Part shown: in pieces, positions 10,257 through 20,912 of the stretch
How the letters are laid out: each line of letters starts with the position of its first letter
Numbering within the stretch: position 1 is the stretch's first letter
DNA from: Spirochaetia bacterium
GTDB lineage: Bacteria > Spirochaetota > Spirochaetia > SP-2023
Assembly (NCBI GenBank): GCA_965263295.1
Contig: OZ253665.1
Coordinates: forward strand, 320,001 to 384,000
Length of the DNA: 64,000 nucleotides
Reading direction: 5' to 3'
Notes under the pieces: model-generated
What the model was told of the DNA's origin: nothing
The model's database searches: none
What the model saw: the letters and a program-made list of their open reading frames with translations, nothing else
Translations under genes and position numbers: made by a program

Positions 10257-10390
10257 CTGCTCTACATTATTCCCCAATTTATAAGGACCAAGGAAAGTTA
10301 ATACTTTTTGAAACATTTGTATTTACTGCAAGAAACCAGCGCTGAATTTTAGAGGCCAGTGCGTATTTCATTCTCTTGGTGGGGCAGAAT

Positions 10391-11995
10391 CTAGATGGGA
10401 AAGCCGCAATCACGTCGTAATACTTTGGTGTAACCGCTGGAAAAACTGCGGGCTAAATTTGTCAGGTCCTGCAGCGCAGGGTTATCGGCATAGCGCTGGA
10501 GCTGATAGCTGGTATTGACGAAGGCCTCCAATTGCAATTTGGCCGCCAAGAAATGATCCTCCTTGCGCACGGCACCGATCAGCACTGAGTTCAGCAGGCC
10601 GATGACTTCCCATGTGACTTGTTCCACCTGCCAATAATGTCCGCGATCTTTACTTTGTTCTGAAATACGCAGCGGCAAGCTGGCGATAATATGATCAATT
10701 TTTTGCAGCAAGGCTTCCAGATCAAAGTAGCCAATGGCACAGTTAAACAGTAAATCTTCACCTTTGTTTTCAGCCACTTCCAGTATATCCTTGTCGACAC
10801 CAACGCCGATATCAAAACAGTTAAGTCGACTGTGTCGTGGCTGCCTGGGCCGCAGCAGCACTCCGCCTTTAATGTCAACTGCTGTGCGATAAGAGCAGAT
10901 GAAAAGACCATTGCGACCACTCAGGGCCAAAAGGCCAATAAAGCTGGGCTGAGGATTATACGCAACGTTGTCGATGTTGCCCAGGGAGATATATCGCGTG
11001 CCTTGCCGGTAGAGTTCATGCAATAGTTTTTTTAGGGCAAAAAAACATTGTCCGTGGCCGCCGGGCATAGGCACGTAAGCGCCATTTTTATCACGAAAAA
11101 AATTCCAAGATTGGGGGCGAGAGTTTTTGTCTCGGTCAAAAGTAGCTATTAAGGGCTGCTGTTTTGAAAAAATTTGTTCGTCCGGTCGCCATTTCAGTTT
11201 GCTTGCGAGTTCCTTTAGCACGGCTGGATCGCGTTGCCAGCCTCCGTTTGTAATGTAGTCTTGCAAGGGGGCGTGGGTCAATTGACTGGTCATCTGGAAA
11301 AATTTAGTCTGATCATTGGGCACAGATGCTAAACCGAGATTTTGGCGTAGCTTTTCCTGTTTTTGAAGCGTGCTGAATAGGGCTCGGAGTTTTAGACCGA
11401 TAAAGCTCGGACCAAAACTTGGGCCAGTACTTGGGTCATGGCCGCCGTCGTTATTTAGAAACGCTGGGCAGAGTGCCTTGGGTTGGGAAGCAAATTTATT
11501 GGAGAGGAACTCAAATTCGTCTTGCAGTATTTGAAACAGCTCAGGAGAAAATCCGCGGTTTTTTTTACGGTCAAAATAAGAGGAGGCAGAACCGCCGTTG
11601 AGGACGCCAAAGGCGAAACGGGGGCTGAGTAGTAGCCCGACCTCACTGAGTTCGGCCTCATTCAATTCGACTTTTGAGTGCTCTATGTCTCTTGCACGCC
11701 GGGCCATGGAACTGGCTGCCAATTCTGGATACTGCGATAATAGCTCCTCAATACGTTGCCGCGAGACTTTGTAATTAATTCCACTGGAAAAATCTATGAT
11801 ACTTTGCCCATCTGTGACGGGAATTTCAAAATCTTTGCAGTCGGTAGATTGTCCTTTGCTAGATATCAGCTGGTTTTCTCGTAGGATTTGCAACATCTGC
11901 AGACTCAGCCCGACGTCGATGTTGGCGCGGCGCATGGCTTTTTGCTCTTCTTGAGAAATACTCCTCAAAATATTTTCTGATAGATCTATGTTCAT
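10391..11995 (-). CDS. UTP--glucose-1-phosphate uridylyltransferase (UDPGP type 1 family, spirochaete form)
   Basis: GVLNGGSASSYFD.KKN, QMTS, MPGGHG, LGNIDN, KGGVL and FNCA motifs. Confidence 0.75.
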   Translation of the reverse strand: MNIDLSENILRSISQEEQKAMRRANIDVGLSLQMLQILRENQLISSKGQSTDCKDFEIPVTDGQSIIDFSSGINYKVSRQRIEELLSQYPELAASSMARRARDIEHSKVELNEAELSEVGLLLSPRFAFGVLNGGSASSYFDRKKNRGFSPELFQILQDEFEFLSNKFASQPKALCPAFLNNDGGHDPSTGPSFGPSFIGLKLRALFSTLQKQEKLRQNLGLASVPNDQTKFFQMTSQLTHAPLQDYITNGGWQRDPAVLKELASKLKWRPDEQIFSKQQPLIATFDRDKNSRPQSWNFFRDKNGAYVPMPGGHGQCFFALKKLLHELYRQGTRYISLGNIDNVAYNPQPSFIGLLALSGRNGLFICSYRTAVDIKGGVLLRPRQPRHSRLNCFDIGVGVDKDILEVAENKGEDLLFNCAIGYFDLEALLQKIDHIIASLPLRISEQSKDRGHYWQVEQVTWEVIGLLNSVLIGAVRKEDHFLAAKLQLEAFVNTSYQLQRYADNPALQDLTNLARSFSSGYTKVLRRDCGFPI

Positions 11996-12292
11996 ATTGA
12001 CTCTTAAATTTTGCCCATAAATTCAACCCAAATTCTAATCCAATTCTATCTATGGACTTTGCACAGATGAGCCTAAATCCAAAGGGGAAGCAAAAATTAC
12101 ACCTAGAAATTATACCGTTAAATTTTCCTTCTATCTATTCTAGATTCTATTGCTAAGATCAATAGCAATAAGTCAACGTCAATTATTACATAAAGTATTC
12201 ATTCTGTAAAGAGAAAAATTCAGCTCATACCTGCTTGGCTTCGCGGCTGTAAAGATAGGAAAATTGTAAGATAAAAAAGTTTAAGATGAGCC

Positions 12293-14221
12293 TTAATTCT
12301 GCTTTCCCTTCTGCTTTTCCTTCTGCTTTTCCTTCTGCTTTTCTAAGGGCAGCCGTAGATACAGTACACCTGGTATATTTGCTTCCAGGCGTTCAATAAT
12401 TTGCCCTTGTGGGCCAATAACAGCTGTTTGGCCTGAGGTGCTACCACGCAGGAAGTAGCGGTGTTGTTCCACGGCGCGGCTAACAGCGCTGCTGAAGTGT
12501 TGTAGGCCACCGATGGGAGAGGGGGCCCAGGAGTCGTTGGAGACTGACAATAAGACATCAAAGTCTTGTTTTTGAAGGGCTTGGAGCAAGTCGGGAGGGG
12601 CTAATAGCTGCTGCGGCCAATATAGGGGGAGCGAATCTTCATAGCAGATCATTGCAAAAATTTTTAGTTCCGTATACAGCTTGTTTTGTAGGGGCACATG
12701 TATTATTGGGCTTCCCTGTCCGGCATTATATTGGGCAAAGCCGTTGCGTTTTAAAATGGCGTTGATGCGTGGTAGCAGCTCAGGCCATTTGGCTTCTTCC
12801 GTGAAGGGGACCAGACGGTGCTTGTGGTAGGTCGCCAAGATCTTCCCGCCTTGAATTAGGAGCAGAGAGTTGTATTGAGCCCATCGCTGTTCATTCGGGA
12901 AAATATCTGGTTGGCCGTAATCGTTTGTGCCGATCAGGTATATCGCTTGGGCCTGCTCTAAATATTTTTGTAATTTACGCGTTAAAAAATGTTCGCGGTA
13001 GGTTCGGAGGAGATATAGAAGCCTATTCTTTAAGTCTTGCCGTTCTCCCACAGTCTGGGCGTTTGCCAACTGTTCCTTTAGGTGGCTTATGCTTTCGTCA
13101 ACCGGTTCCAGGTCGATATTGCGATTGAAGCGGAAGAACGGAACAAAGGCGGTCTCAGACCATACGATCAGTTCGGCACCGGCTTGTTCAGCCAGACGGC
13201 TTAGCTGTAAAAGGCGCTCAAGGGCTTGGCGGCTGGTGTCTTTTTCAGTTTGCCAAGAGTTTATATTATGTTGCAGTAGTGCGATGTTTAGTTTGTCCGG
13301 GGCAATGGGGAGCTGTATGCGCGATGTAAGGCTAGAAGTTCGGCTTGAATCCGCTGAGAGCGTTTGTTGTCCTGATTCTTGGCTCAGGAGCGTAATCTGC
13401 TTGCGGAATGCCAGCTGTAATATGGCTATTGCGGCCACAATACTGAAGCAGGTCAAACCGAGCTGTCGCAGCATAGGCTTTTGGCTTTGGGCAGTTGTAC
13501 CCCAGCTTGCGTACCAGCGTTGCGCAAAACTATGGATAGCCATTGCCGGGTAAAGGATCAGTAAATCAGCTATGTTTTTCAGGATAAAATTATGGCTAAA
13601 GTACAATGGTGCTGGCTGGAGGTAGTGACTGTAGAGGAGGCTGCCGTATGTGTAGGCGACCCAACCGACGGACTTGAAATATTCAAGTAAAATCCAAGCT
13701 ACGCAGAAGGCTAAATAGCTGAGATATTCAGGGAGACCGTGCCGCAAGATATATTGGTCTAGCAGATAGTACGTGGAAAAAAAGATGCTGAAGTAATACA
13801 AGTAGATGCCGGGGATCAAGATAAAAGCGATCCAGTCATAATCCAACAGCCATAAACTAAGGAGTAGGTAGCTGATGAAGCCGTAAAATGCCCCATAAAA
13901 TATGGCCTCACGCAAACTGCGTAGCTGCCGGCAAGCTTGCAGCAAGGGAAGGGCAAATATATAGATCAATACGGGTAAACCGCGTTCCCAAGTGGCATTG
14001 CCTTCAATGAAATTGCTGGGAAAGCTCAAAGCAAACAATAAGGCCGAGAGTGTGAGTAAGAATAACGGGCTACAGCATAACCATAGCGTAAATTTGCTGC
14101 CAGAGCTGCTTCTCGTTTGGGTCTGCCGGGATAAGCTGCCAGGATCAGACAGAACGGAAATCTTACGCTTAGGACCTGGTCCCAGTTTCAGGCGAGATAC
14201 CATATCATGGATTGATTGCAT
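12293..14221 (-). CDS. lnt: Apolipoprotein N-acyltransferase
   Basis: Multi-TM N-terminal region; nitrilase triad WSETA (E), KHRLVPFTE (K), ICYED (C); SNDSW and RAVE motifs. Confidence 0.92.
   Translation of the reverse strand: MQSIHDMVSRLKLGPGPKRKISVLSDPGSLSRQTQTRSSSGSKFTLWLCCSPLFLLTLSALLFALSFPSNFIEGNATWERGLPVLIYIFALPLLQACRQLRSLREAIFYGAFYGFISYLLLSLWLLDYDWIAFILIPGIYLYYFSIFFSTYYLLDQYILRHGLPEYLSYLAFCVAWILLEYFKSVGWVAYTYGSLLYSHYLQPAPLYFSHNFILKNIADLLILYPAMAIHSFAQRWYASWGTTAQSQKPMLRQLGLTCFSIVAAIAILQLAFRKQITLLSQESGQQTLSADSSRTSSLTSRIQLPIAPDKLNIALLQHNINSWQTEKDTSRQALERLLQLSRLAEQAGAELIVWSETAFVPFFRFNRNIDLEPVDESISHLKEQLANAQTVGERQDLKNRLLYLLRTYREHFLTRKLQKYLEQAQAIYLIGTNDYGQPDIFPNEQRWAQYNSLLLIQGGKILATYHKHRLVPFTEEAKWPELLPRINAILKRNGFAQYNAGQGSPIIHVPLQNKLYTELKIFAMICYEDSLPLYWPQQLLAPPDLLQALQKQDFDVLLSVSNDSWAPSPIGGLQHFSSAVSRAVEQHRYFLRGSTSGQTAVIGPQGQIIERLEANIPGVLYLRLPLEKQKEKQKEKQKGKQN
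12297..12343. repeat. 12-bp tandem repeat x~4 at the lnt 3' end, encoding (KQKE)n
   Basis: ttctgcttttcc units start at 12297, 12309, 12321 and 12333. Confidence 0.9.
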
Positions 14222-14235
14222 CCTCTGGAGGCGTG

Positions 14236-15558
14236 TTATCCCAATTCAGGAAAATAAATTCCGAAAGGTATTTGCTCATCAATAAAAGATTGTCGCAACT
14301 GCGATTTGGCGCGAAGCCGCCATTGGCCTGCCTGGGGGAGATAATTTAAAACATTTAGGATATTATTAGCACCGCCCATATAGCCCTGGATAGAGAGCGT
14401 TGAACCAATGAAATATAATTGACGATAGAGATGATTTTTGTGAATGAGATTCCGAGTTGCTGGATACTGCTCAAAAGTATTTAGGTAATAGCCTAGCAGA
14501 TTGAAACTATATATTGGATCAACTTCCTGGATTTTAGCAATGATTTGGGGGAGTTGAGTATCTGGGTTTTTTAAGGTCAGATCTTCTAGATTCCACGCCA
14601 AAGGATAATCAATGCCGATACTCTTAAGGTCACTGCTGAGTTTGTTGATAACATATTCAGGGCTAATGTCAAATAAATCTTTGGCATTTCGTGGTATGCG
14701 CGTGATATATTGCTGCTGCCTCAGGTAATCAATGCCTTGAGACATGGTGGAAATGACAGAATATAGCCCCAGGCGCAAAGTGTCGTTGTAGTAACCTTGC
14801 TTATAGTAGTAGAGAGCAAGCTCATTAAGGGCTGGGATTATGTGCGAATAGTTGTCACCATAGTAATATAATACCTCGTCAATTCCTTGCTCCTGAAGCA
14901 TACTGCGTATCTGTCGGCCTTTGCGCAGTTCGTCTGCTGTGGCCGGGAGCTCCATAGTTATAACTTTAAGCAGGGTCGCTTCGTATTGCTGGTAATCCTG
15001 TTTACGAAAATAGAGGTTGGCCAAAGTCATGTACAAGTTATAAATATCATTGGGATCATAAAAAAAATCTTTTTGGTCAAGGGCTTCTTGCATTTGAGAG
15101 ATTGCCAGACTGAGATTGTTGTCCGTATTAAAAATACGACCAATCAAATAATTGGCTTCGGGTGCATAGACAGTTGACCTTTTCGTCAGTAGAAATTTAC
15201 GTAAAGCCTCGCCATAGTCACCTTGTTGATACAGACTCTTTCCTTGCTCTAGCAGTAGCCAGCTAGGAATGCGTTGTTCGGCCACGACAGGAGATAGCTT
15301 GTCTTCAAGCACTCCGGTACCGCTAGATTTTGTCGGATGCGGGACCTCGGTTTCTTGAGCGCCTAGACTGACAGTGAAAAGTATGGCCAATATCGGAAGG
15401 TGGAACTTAGACGGGCAAAGGAGAGCAGAAAAACACAGCGGTTTATTTGGCAGTTGTCGCGGCAGAGTATGGCTTTCAAAATATTGTTGACCAGTGTGTT
15501 GGCTGGTTTTTGTTGCCAGGGGTGTTGCCCTGTGCTGCCCGGGGAAAAAATTAGACAT
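14236..15558 (-). CDS. Exported tetratricopeptide-repeat protein
   Basis: Signal-like segment LPILAILFTVSLGA-Q; TPR-like helices (GKSLYQQGDYGEAL, EANYLIGRIF). Start uncertain. Confidence 0.7.
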   Translation of the reverse strand: MSNFFPGQHRATPLATKTSQHTGQQYFESHTLPRQLPNKPLCFSALLCPSKFHLPILAILFTVSLGAQETEVPHPTKSSGTGVLEDKLSPVVAEQRIPSWLLLEQGKSLYQQGDYGEALRKFLLTKRSTVYAPEANYLIGRIFNTDNNLSLAISQMQEALDQKDFFYDPNDIYNLYMTLANLYFRKQDYQQYEATLLKVITMELPATADELRKGRQIRSMLQEQGIDEVLYYYGDNYSHIIPALNELALYYYKQGYYNDTLRLGLYSVISTMSQGIDYLRQQQYITRIPRNAKDLFDISPEYVINKLSSDLKSIGIDYPLAWNLEDLTLKNPDTQLPQIIAKIQEVDPIYSFNLLGYYLNTFEQYPATRNLIHKNHLYRQLYFIGSTLSIQGYMGGANNILNVLNYLPQAGQWRLRAKSQLRQSFIDEQIPFGIYFPELG

Positions 15559-15567
15559 GTAATTACC

Positions 15568-18500
15568 TTAATAATCCATCGTTTCCTGCAATGAGTTCGG
15601 GTCTAATATATCGACCCAATAAGGCTTTACTTCTAGATTGAAGGTTGGAATCCCGATTTTGTTTTCCAAAATTTGCTTCAAGTTGTGGTCCGGCAAACTA
15701 CCCGGTACTAGGCCTTGGGCGGGAATGGAATTCTCCAACAAGTCAATGGTCTTCTTGGTAAGCAGTCGGGGGCGGAACAATAATTCGGGCGGGAGCTTTA
15801 ACTCTACTGTTTCTTCGCGGCTTAGTATATCAAGGTAGCCCATGGCTTGCATTAAATAGGCGAGGGCAATTTCTTCATTGCTAATCTTGGGACTTTGCAA
15901 GGTCTCGCGGTAGTAGGCAACACCAAGGTCATTTGCTAGACGCACCAGCATAAAGAGTCGGTCCCTAGCCTCCTGTGAATTTTGCGGGTCAAGAAGGAAA
16001 CTCCTGCGCAGGTCTTCTTGGATGTTGGAATATACTTCTTCCAGAATACCTTGTGCGCTATTATAGTTGCCTATCTGCAGTAAGCTGTTGCCCAGTGCGT
16101 ACTTGACTTTATAGTTATCAGGCAAGTGCAACCCGCTCTGGCGAAACTGTTCTACGGCGTGTTCAAAATTTTCTTGCTGATACAACTGTTGGCCGTAGCG
16201 ATAACGTAAATAAGAATCTTCAAAACCCATACTGCCGGCTTTTTGATAGTATGGAATGGCGCTGAGGGCATGGGGAATATTTTGATAGTAAAAATTGCCA
16301 AACATCCCGTAAACTTCAGCCATCTGCAATTGTTCAATGGGCAATTGACGCTCCTCCGCCTCTTTAACTTGCCTCAACAATTTATTGAGTACGTAACTGG
16401 CGTTAAAAATCTGTTCACTGCTGGAAATATATTTTGCTCTTTGTTCAGTCAGTGCCAGGTTCTCCAGTAAGTTGGGGGAAGTATTGCGATCGTCGCGGTA
16501 ATTGAGGAAAAATAGCGACATATTCAAAGCCTCTAACTCTTTGGCTCTGTCTCCGATGCGGGCATAATACTGAGCAAAAGAGCGATATACTTCCATACTG
16601 TCACTACTAATTTGGGAAGCATTCAGTAAAAGTTTTTTGGCTATTTCGACTTTGCCACGGTTTAGATAGTAATCTGCAGTCTCGCTCATAATTTGAGCAT
16701 AAAGTTTAGATGGTACTTCAAGTTCACGGGGGTTGGATTCCATAAAAAATGAGGTCAGCTTCTGTAACTGGTTTTTATGCGTGCTGAAAGGGGAGATGCG
16801 GATGTAATAGTCAAGCAGATACAGCAGTGGCAAGTCGTCTTTACTCTCAAGGGTGTAAGTTGCCGCAAAAACTTGACGAGCTTCTTCGTAATAGGCCGGA
16901 TCAATTTTCCCCCAATAAAGGTAGTTCTGCCCACGGATGATTAGAGACTGGTAGTCGCGACCAAAACGGTTATAATATCGTTGAATAGCTTCTTCGGCTT
17001 TGGCAAATTCTCCCATCTGTTCACTGAGTAACGAAATATATTGAAACCAGGCCGCCCTATAATTGGGATAGTGACGCAGGGTTTCGCGCAGTTTGAAAGT
17101 TGCTTCGGCAAAATCTTTACGTTCTGTATAAGCTTTTGCATAAAGTAGATACCAAGATTTATAAGGCCAACCTTTGACAAATAGGGAGTCGCCAAACAAC
17201 TGCCAGCCATTGGTTGCGAGAGTAAAATAACGTTCCGCATCGTTAAATCGGTCATGAAGAATTTCAGAGTGCCCTTTTTGATAGTACAGATAAGCCTGAA
17301 CAGGACGATAAAGAAAATAAAATGGGAGACCTAATAATAGGGCTAGTATTGAGATTCCGAAAAAGGCACGTCGGAGCAGAGGTATGCCGAGTTGGACAAA
17401 CTGCCGATAAAAAAGGTTATTGATTTGATCCCGGTCAATCGCATGGTAGCGCTGACCTTTGGGAAGCAATATGCGTTTGCCCGTTTGTGAGAAAAAGTAG
17501 TTGGCAACGTGGCGTGGATTGACGCCTGAGCTCACCATTTCAATCAGGGTTTCGACTGCTTCTTCGCGGAGCTCATTCTCGCCAATTTCTTCTTCGATAG
17601 CCAGTTTTAGGGCAATGGGGTAGGCGCAGAGCTGTAACAGAAACTCCCGGGCATTTTCATGAGAAATGCGGAATTCAAGCTCTTCAAATTCGTTTTCTTT
17701 GGCCTCGACTTCCTCTTCATTGATATTGAGCAAATCAATGCTGCGATGTTGATTTAAGGCCTTTTCCAATTGAGAAACACTCTCCAGTGTGGAGAGATTT
17801 TCAGAGTTTGGCGCGAGCAATTCGTCTGGTTCTCTGTCGCGTGACCCTCGGTCCGCCTTGGCTACTGTGCCGGATTCAGAACCTTCGCCTTCGGTCCCTC
17901 CGTCGAAAGAGCCAATCTGCGTCGTCGCTTCGGCTCCTAAATCCCCTGGTTTTTCTTGGATGTCTCCCTGTGTTTTGTAGGCAGGCTCAGCTGTGGGCGC
18001 TGGCTCATTCGTGGTTTCTTTAGTGGAATACTCAGGCGTTTCAAGCGCCTCGTCATTAGCGGATTGCTCTACTTGATCAAGTCCTGTTTGCGCAAGTGTA
18101 TCTGGGACTCCCTCGCCCGAAGGTTCAGAGCTGAAGCGCTCGCTGTCTAATTCTCCAAACCTTGTATCCAGCATCTTGTAAACATCCAATGGGACTTCCG
18201 GTGGAGCCGTAGCTTCTTCAGTTTGAAAATCTTCTTGCTCTATCGCCTCTAACTCTTGTACTGGCAGTTCATCCTCAGTTTCCTCAAGACTTTGTAAGAG
18301 TTGATTGATATCTGGTTCAGAATCATTGTCTGGGTTATTGACATCCTGGCCGTCATTCTGGTCGCCAAGCAAATCTTCAAACTCCCGCGGCACGGTATAC
18401 AGCGACTCTTCTTTTGGTTCATCGTCATCGTCCATGACAATTCCAGAGTCGGATTGCGCTTCCAGAATTTCGGGGTCTGAATTGAGCTCATCTAACCTGG

Positions 18501-18705
18501 TGCTGAGCTCTGCTTCTTCGGTATCAGCCTCGGTTTCTCCTCCGATTATTTCCCGCATCGTGGAGAGCTCAGGCATTAGTGGATCAGCACCCTCGTTTGG
18601 TTGAATATCTTCTAGCACCTCGTCGCGCGACTCTACGACAGCTGGTTCGTCACCTAGCTGATTTACCGCATTCTTAAAGGAGTTGAGATCCTGGATAGAT
18701 GGCAT
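15568..18705 (-). CDS. flcA: Periplasmic flagellar collar protein FlcA-like (acidic N-terminus, TM, TPRs)
   Basis: N-terminus MPSIQDLNSFK..LGDEP resembles spirochaete FlcA; long acidic linker, central TM (FYFLYRP), C-terminal TPRs; follows flgG. Confidence 0.72.
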   Translation of the reverse strand: MPSIQDLNSFKNAVNQLGDEPAVVESRDEVLEDIQPNEGADPLMPELSTMREIIGGETEADTEEAELSTRLDELNSDPEILEAQSDSGIVMDDDDEPKEESLYTVPREFEDLLGDQNDGQDVNNPDNDSEPDINQLLQSLEETEDELPVQELEAIEQEDFQTEEATAPPEVPLDVYKMLDTRFGELDSERFSSEPSGEGVPDTLAQTGLDQVEQSANDEALETPEYSTKETTNEPAPTAEPAYKTQGDIQEKPGDLGAEATTQIGSFDGGTEGEGSESGTVAKADRGSRDREPDELLAPNSENLSTLESVSQLEKALNQHRSIDLLNINEEEVEAKENEFEELEFRISHENAREFLLQLCAYPIALKLAIEEEIGENELREEAVETLIEMVSSGVNPRHVANYFFSQTGKRILLPKGQRYHAIDRDQINNLFYRQFVQLGIPLLRRAFFGISILALLLGLPFYFLYRPVQAYLYYQKGHSEILHDRFNDAERYFTLATNGWQLFGDSLFVKGWPYKSWYLLYAKAYTERKDFAEATFKLRETLRHYPNYRAAWFQYISLLSEQMGEFAKAEEAIQRYYNRFGRDYQSLIIRGQNYLYWGKIDPAYYEEARQVFAATYTLESKDDLPLLYLLDYYIRISPFSTHKNQLQKLTSFFMESNPRELEVPSKLYAQIMSETADYYLNRGKVEIAKKLLLNASQISSDSMEVYRSFAQYYARIGDRAKELEALNMSLFFLNYRDDRNTSPNLLENLALTEQRAKYISSSEQIFNASYVLNKLLRQVKEAEERQLPIEQLQMAEVYGMFGNFYYQNIPHALSAIPYYQKAGSMGFEDSYLRYRYGQQLYQQENFEHAVEQFRQSGLHLPDNYKVKYALGNSLLQIGNYNSAQGILEEVYSNIQEDLRRSFLLDPQNSQEARDRLFMLVRLANDLGVAYYRETLQSPKISNEEIALAYLMQAMGYLDILSREETVELKLPPELLFRPRLLTKKTIDLLENSIPAQGLVPGSLPDHNLKQILENKIGIPTFNLEVKPYWVDILDPNSLQETMDY

Positions 18706-18745
18706 TTCTAGTCGGCAATAATTGGTTTGTCAGTTGCAAGGGGTT

Positions 18746-19540
18746 TTAACGCTTGATATTGATAGCTGTATTGAGCATGCTGTCGCTGGTTTGTATTGCG
18801 CGCGAGTTAAATTCATAGGCACGATTTGCGACAATCATGTTGACCATTTCTTTAGCCATATTGACGTTTGAATATTCGAGAAAGTGCTGGTATAAAGTGC
18901 CCATACCTTTACCATCTTCGGGGCTGCCTTGAATTGCCTCGCCAGAGGCTGGGGTTTCCTGAAACACATTTTCACCGATGGCTTTTAGCCCCGCTGGGTT
19001 GACGAAGCGAAAGAGTTCAATATGACCTACGTCTTTCACATCGTTGTCAACGCGCACGTTGACCTTGCCGTCGCGGGTAATCGCCAGGTCATTTTCCAAA
19101 CTAATATTTTCCGGCAAGATGATTTCCGGCGACAGGCGGAAACCTTGTGCTGTAACAATTTGCTTGTTGGCGTCAACTTTGAAGGCCCCATTGCGAGTGT
19201 AGGCATATTCGCCATTCGGCATTTCCACGCGGAAAAAACCTTCGCCCTGAATGGCTATGTCCACAGGACTATCACTGGCTTTGACGACACCCTGATTAAA
19301 GATGCGCTGGGTTGCGGCAACGCGACTGCCGTGACCGACAGAAACGTCTAAAGGACGAAGAGTTTCGTCCGTGGCTGGGGTTCCGGCAAGTTTCTGATGG
19401 GCGTAGAGCAAGTCTTCGAACTCTGCTCGTACCTGGCGGTAGCCGACGGTATTTACGTTGGCCAAGTTGTTGGCTATCGTGTCAAAATATTGCTGAGTGC
19501 TGTTCATGCCTGAGGCGGCTGTCCAAAGGGAACGTATCAT
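18746..19540 (-). CDS. flgG: Flagellar distal rod protein FlgG
   Basis: MIRSLWTAASGM, IANNLANVNTVGY, FEDLLY and YTRNGAFKVD; C-terminal EMVNMIVANRAYEFNSRAIQTSD. Confidence 0.97.
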   Translation of the reverse strand: MIRSLWTAASGMNSTQQYFDTIANNLANVNTVGYRQVRAEFEDLLYAHQKLAGTPATDETLRPLDVSVGHGSRVAATQRIFNQGVVKASDSPVDIAIQGEGFFRVEMPNGEYAYTRNGAFKVDANKQIVTAQGFRLSPEIILPENISLENDLAITRDGKVNVRVDNDVKDVGHIELFRFVNPAGLKAIGENVFQETPASGEAIQGSPEDGKGMGTLYQHFLEYSNVNMAKEMVNMIVANRAYEFNSRAIQTSDSMLNTAINIKR

Positions 19541-19618
19541 AACTTTCTCCTTAAATTATATTTTGCATTTACGCTTGATTGGCTCGCCAAGACTTTAAAA
19601 TAAAGAATCCAGTTGATT

Positions 19619-20488
19619 TTATGCGTAAGTGCCGACTCCGTTGATTAAACGTCCCAGCAGCTGGTCGTCCGTCTGAATTACTTTTTGATTGGCTTCGTAG
19701 GCGCGCTGAATTTCGATCATATTTACCATTTCGGAAACGGCATTAATATTGGATTTTTCCAGCATCTTCCAGCGCACGACTGGGCGCTGATTCCCAGATA
19801 GCAATTGCGGCTCACCGCTGAGTGGAATATGTAAATTGCTTTCGTAGGCAGGCTTAAATAGGGAAGAACCCATTTTCTCTAAATGTTGGGGGCGATCAAA
19901 ATTGACAATTTTAATTCTGTCGAGCAGTTCTTCCGAATTCCAATTGTTGTCGCGTTCTGCCACCAGGCGTTGCGAATCATCTTGTAATTGAGGGTTGTAG
20001 TAAATACCGCCGTCACGTTCAATGCGGAAATTATTCAATTTTAGAGAGATAGGACCTGCCTCGCCCATGACTCGCAGGCCTTCTTTGGTCTCAAGAAAGC
20101 CTTCTGTCCCCAAGGTGAATTCGCCATTGCGGGTGTAGCGCTCACCCTGTGGCGTTTCAATTGCGAAAAAACCCTGGCCTTCAAGACCTATGTCATAGGG
20201 GTTTTCTGTCTCCACCAGGCTGCCTTGAGTAAAGTCGATAAATGTCTGGTTAGACTCAACACCGGTACCCATCATGCCAATTACAGGTGCATTGTCAATG
20301 CTGCCAATGGGCAGGCGCTGTACTTGGTCATTTAGGCGGCTGATTAACATTTCGGGGAATGCCTTCATGACTGAAATATCACGTTTAAAACCTGTCCGGT
20401 TGACGTTAGCCAAATTATTGGCCGCATTGTTCATGCGTTGTTCCTGGGCTTTTAGGCCGCTAGTGCTGGTATAGAAACTCCGTAACAT
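19619..20488 (-). CDS. flgF: Flagellar rod protein FlgF (FlhO-type)
   Basis: ANNLANVNRTGFKRD, YTRNGEF and LEKSNINAVSEMVNMIEIQRAYEANQK; upstream of flgG. Confidence 0.88.
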   Translation of the reverse strand: MLRSFYTSTSGLKAQEQRMNNAANNLANVNRTGFKRDISVMKAFPEMLISRLNDQVQRLPIGSIDNAPVIGMMGTGVESNQTFIDFTQGSLVETENPYDIGLEGQGFFAIETPQGERYTRNGEFTLGTEGFLETKEGLRVMGEAGPISLKLNNFRIERDGGIYYNPQLQDDSQRLVAERDNNWNSEELLDRIKIVNFDRPQHLEKMGSSLFKPAYESNLHIPLSGEPQLLSGNQRPVVRWKMLEKSNINAVSEMVNMIEIQRAYEANQKVIQTDDQLLGRLINGVGTYA

Positions 20489-20591
20489 AAGCTGGGCCCT
20501 CTCTTGAATAAAATAGAATGGATCTAGACAGAACGCCTGAATTTTTGCTGAAAAACCCGTAATTTTATTTCGGGGCCTAGCTTTGAATGCT

Positions 20592-20912
20592 TTAGCTTTT
20601 TCTGAAATCCTGCTTTGAAAAAGTCTCGCTATGGGCTTGCTCCTGTCCTTGAGAATTTACGCTTTCCTGAGAAGGTGGGGAAGGTTTGGGAGGTTCTGGC
20701 TGTAATTTCGCCATGATGGTCGAGACGCTGGGGCAAGCCCCTCGATGGCTACAGGACTGACATTTGAGCGAGGCCGGACTTCGTCCCTGTCTCCATATCT
20801 GGCCGCTATTGCGCAACCAATGCAGGAGCCAAATTAGAACGGGAACACAAAGTATTACAAGCAGGGCTATACTGATCCACAAGCTGGCAGTTTGTGTCAT
20901 AATTTTCCTCAT
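20592..20912 (-). CDS. FeoB-associated small Cys-rich membrane protein
   Basis: Abuts the feoB stop; one TM followed by CQSCSHRGAC; low-complexity tail. Confidence 0.65.
   Translation of the reverse strand: MRKIMTQTASLWISIALLVILCVPVLIWLLHWLRNSGQIWRQGRSPASLKCQSCSHRGACPSVSTIMAKLQPEPPKPSPPSQESVNSQGQEQAHSETFSKQDFRKS

Noticed and set aside
18706..18745. Sigma28-like GCCGACTA before flcA
   Set aside because: No TAAA at the correct spacing, and the motif is only 3 nt from the start codon.
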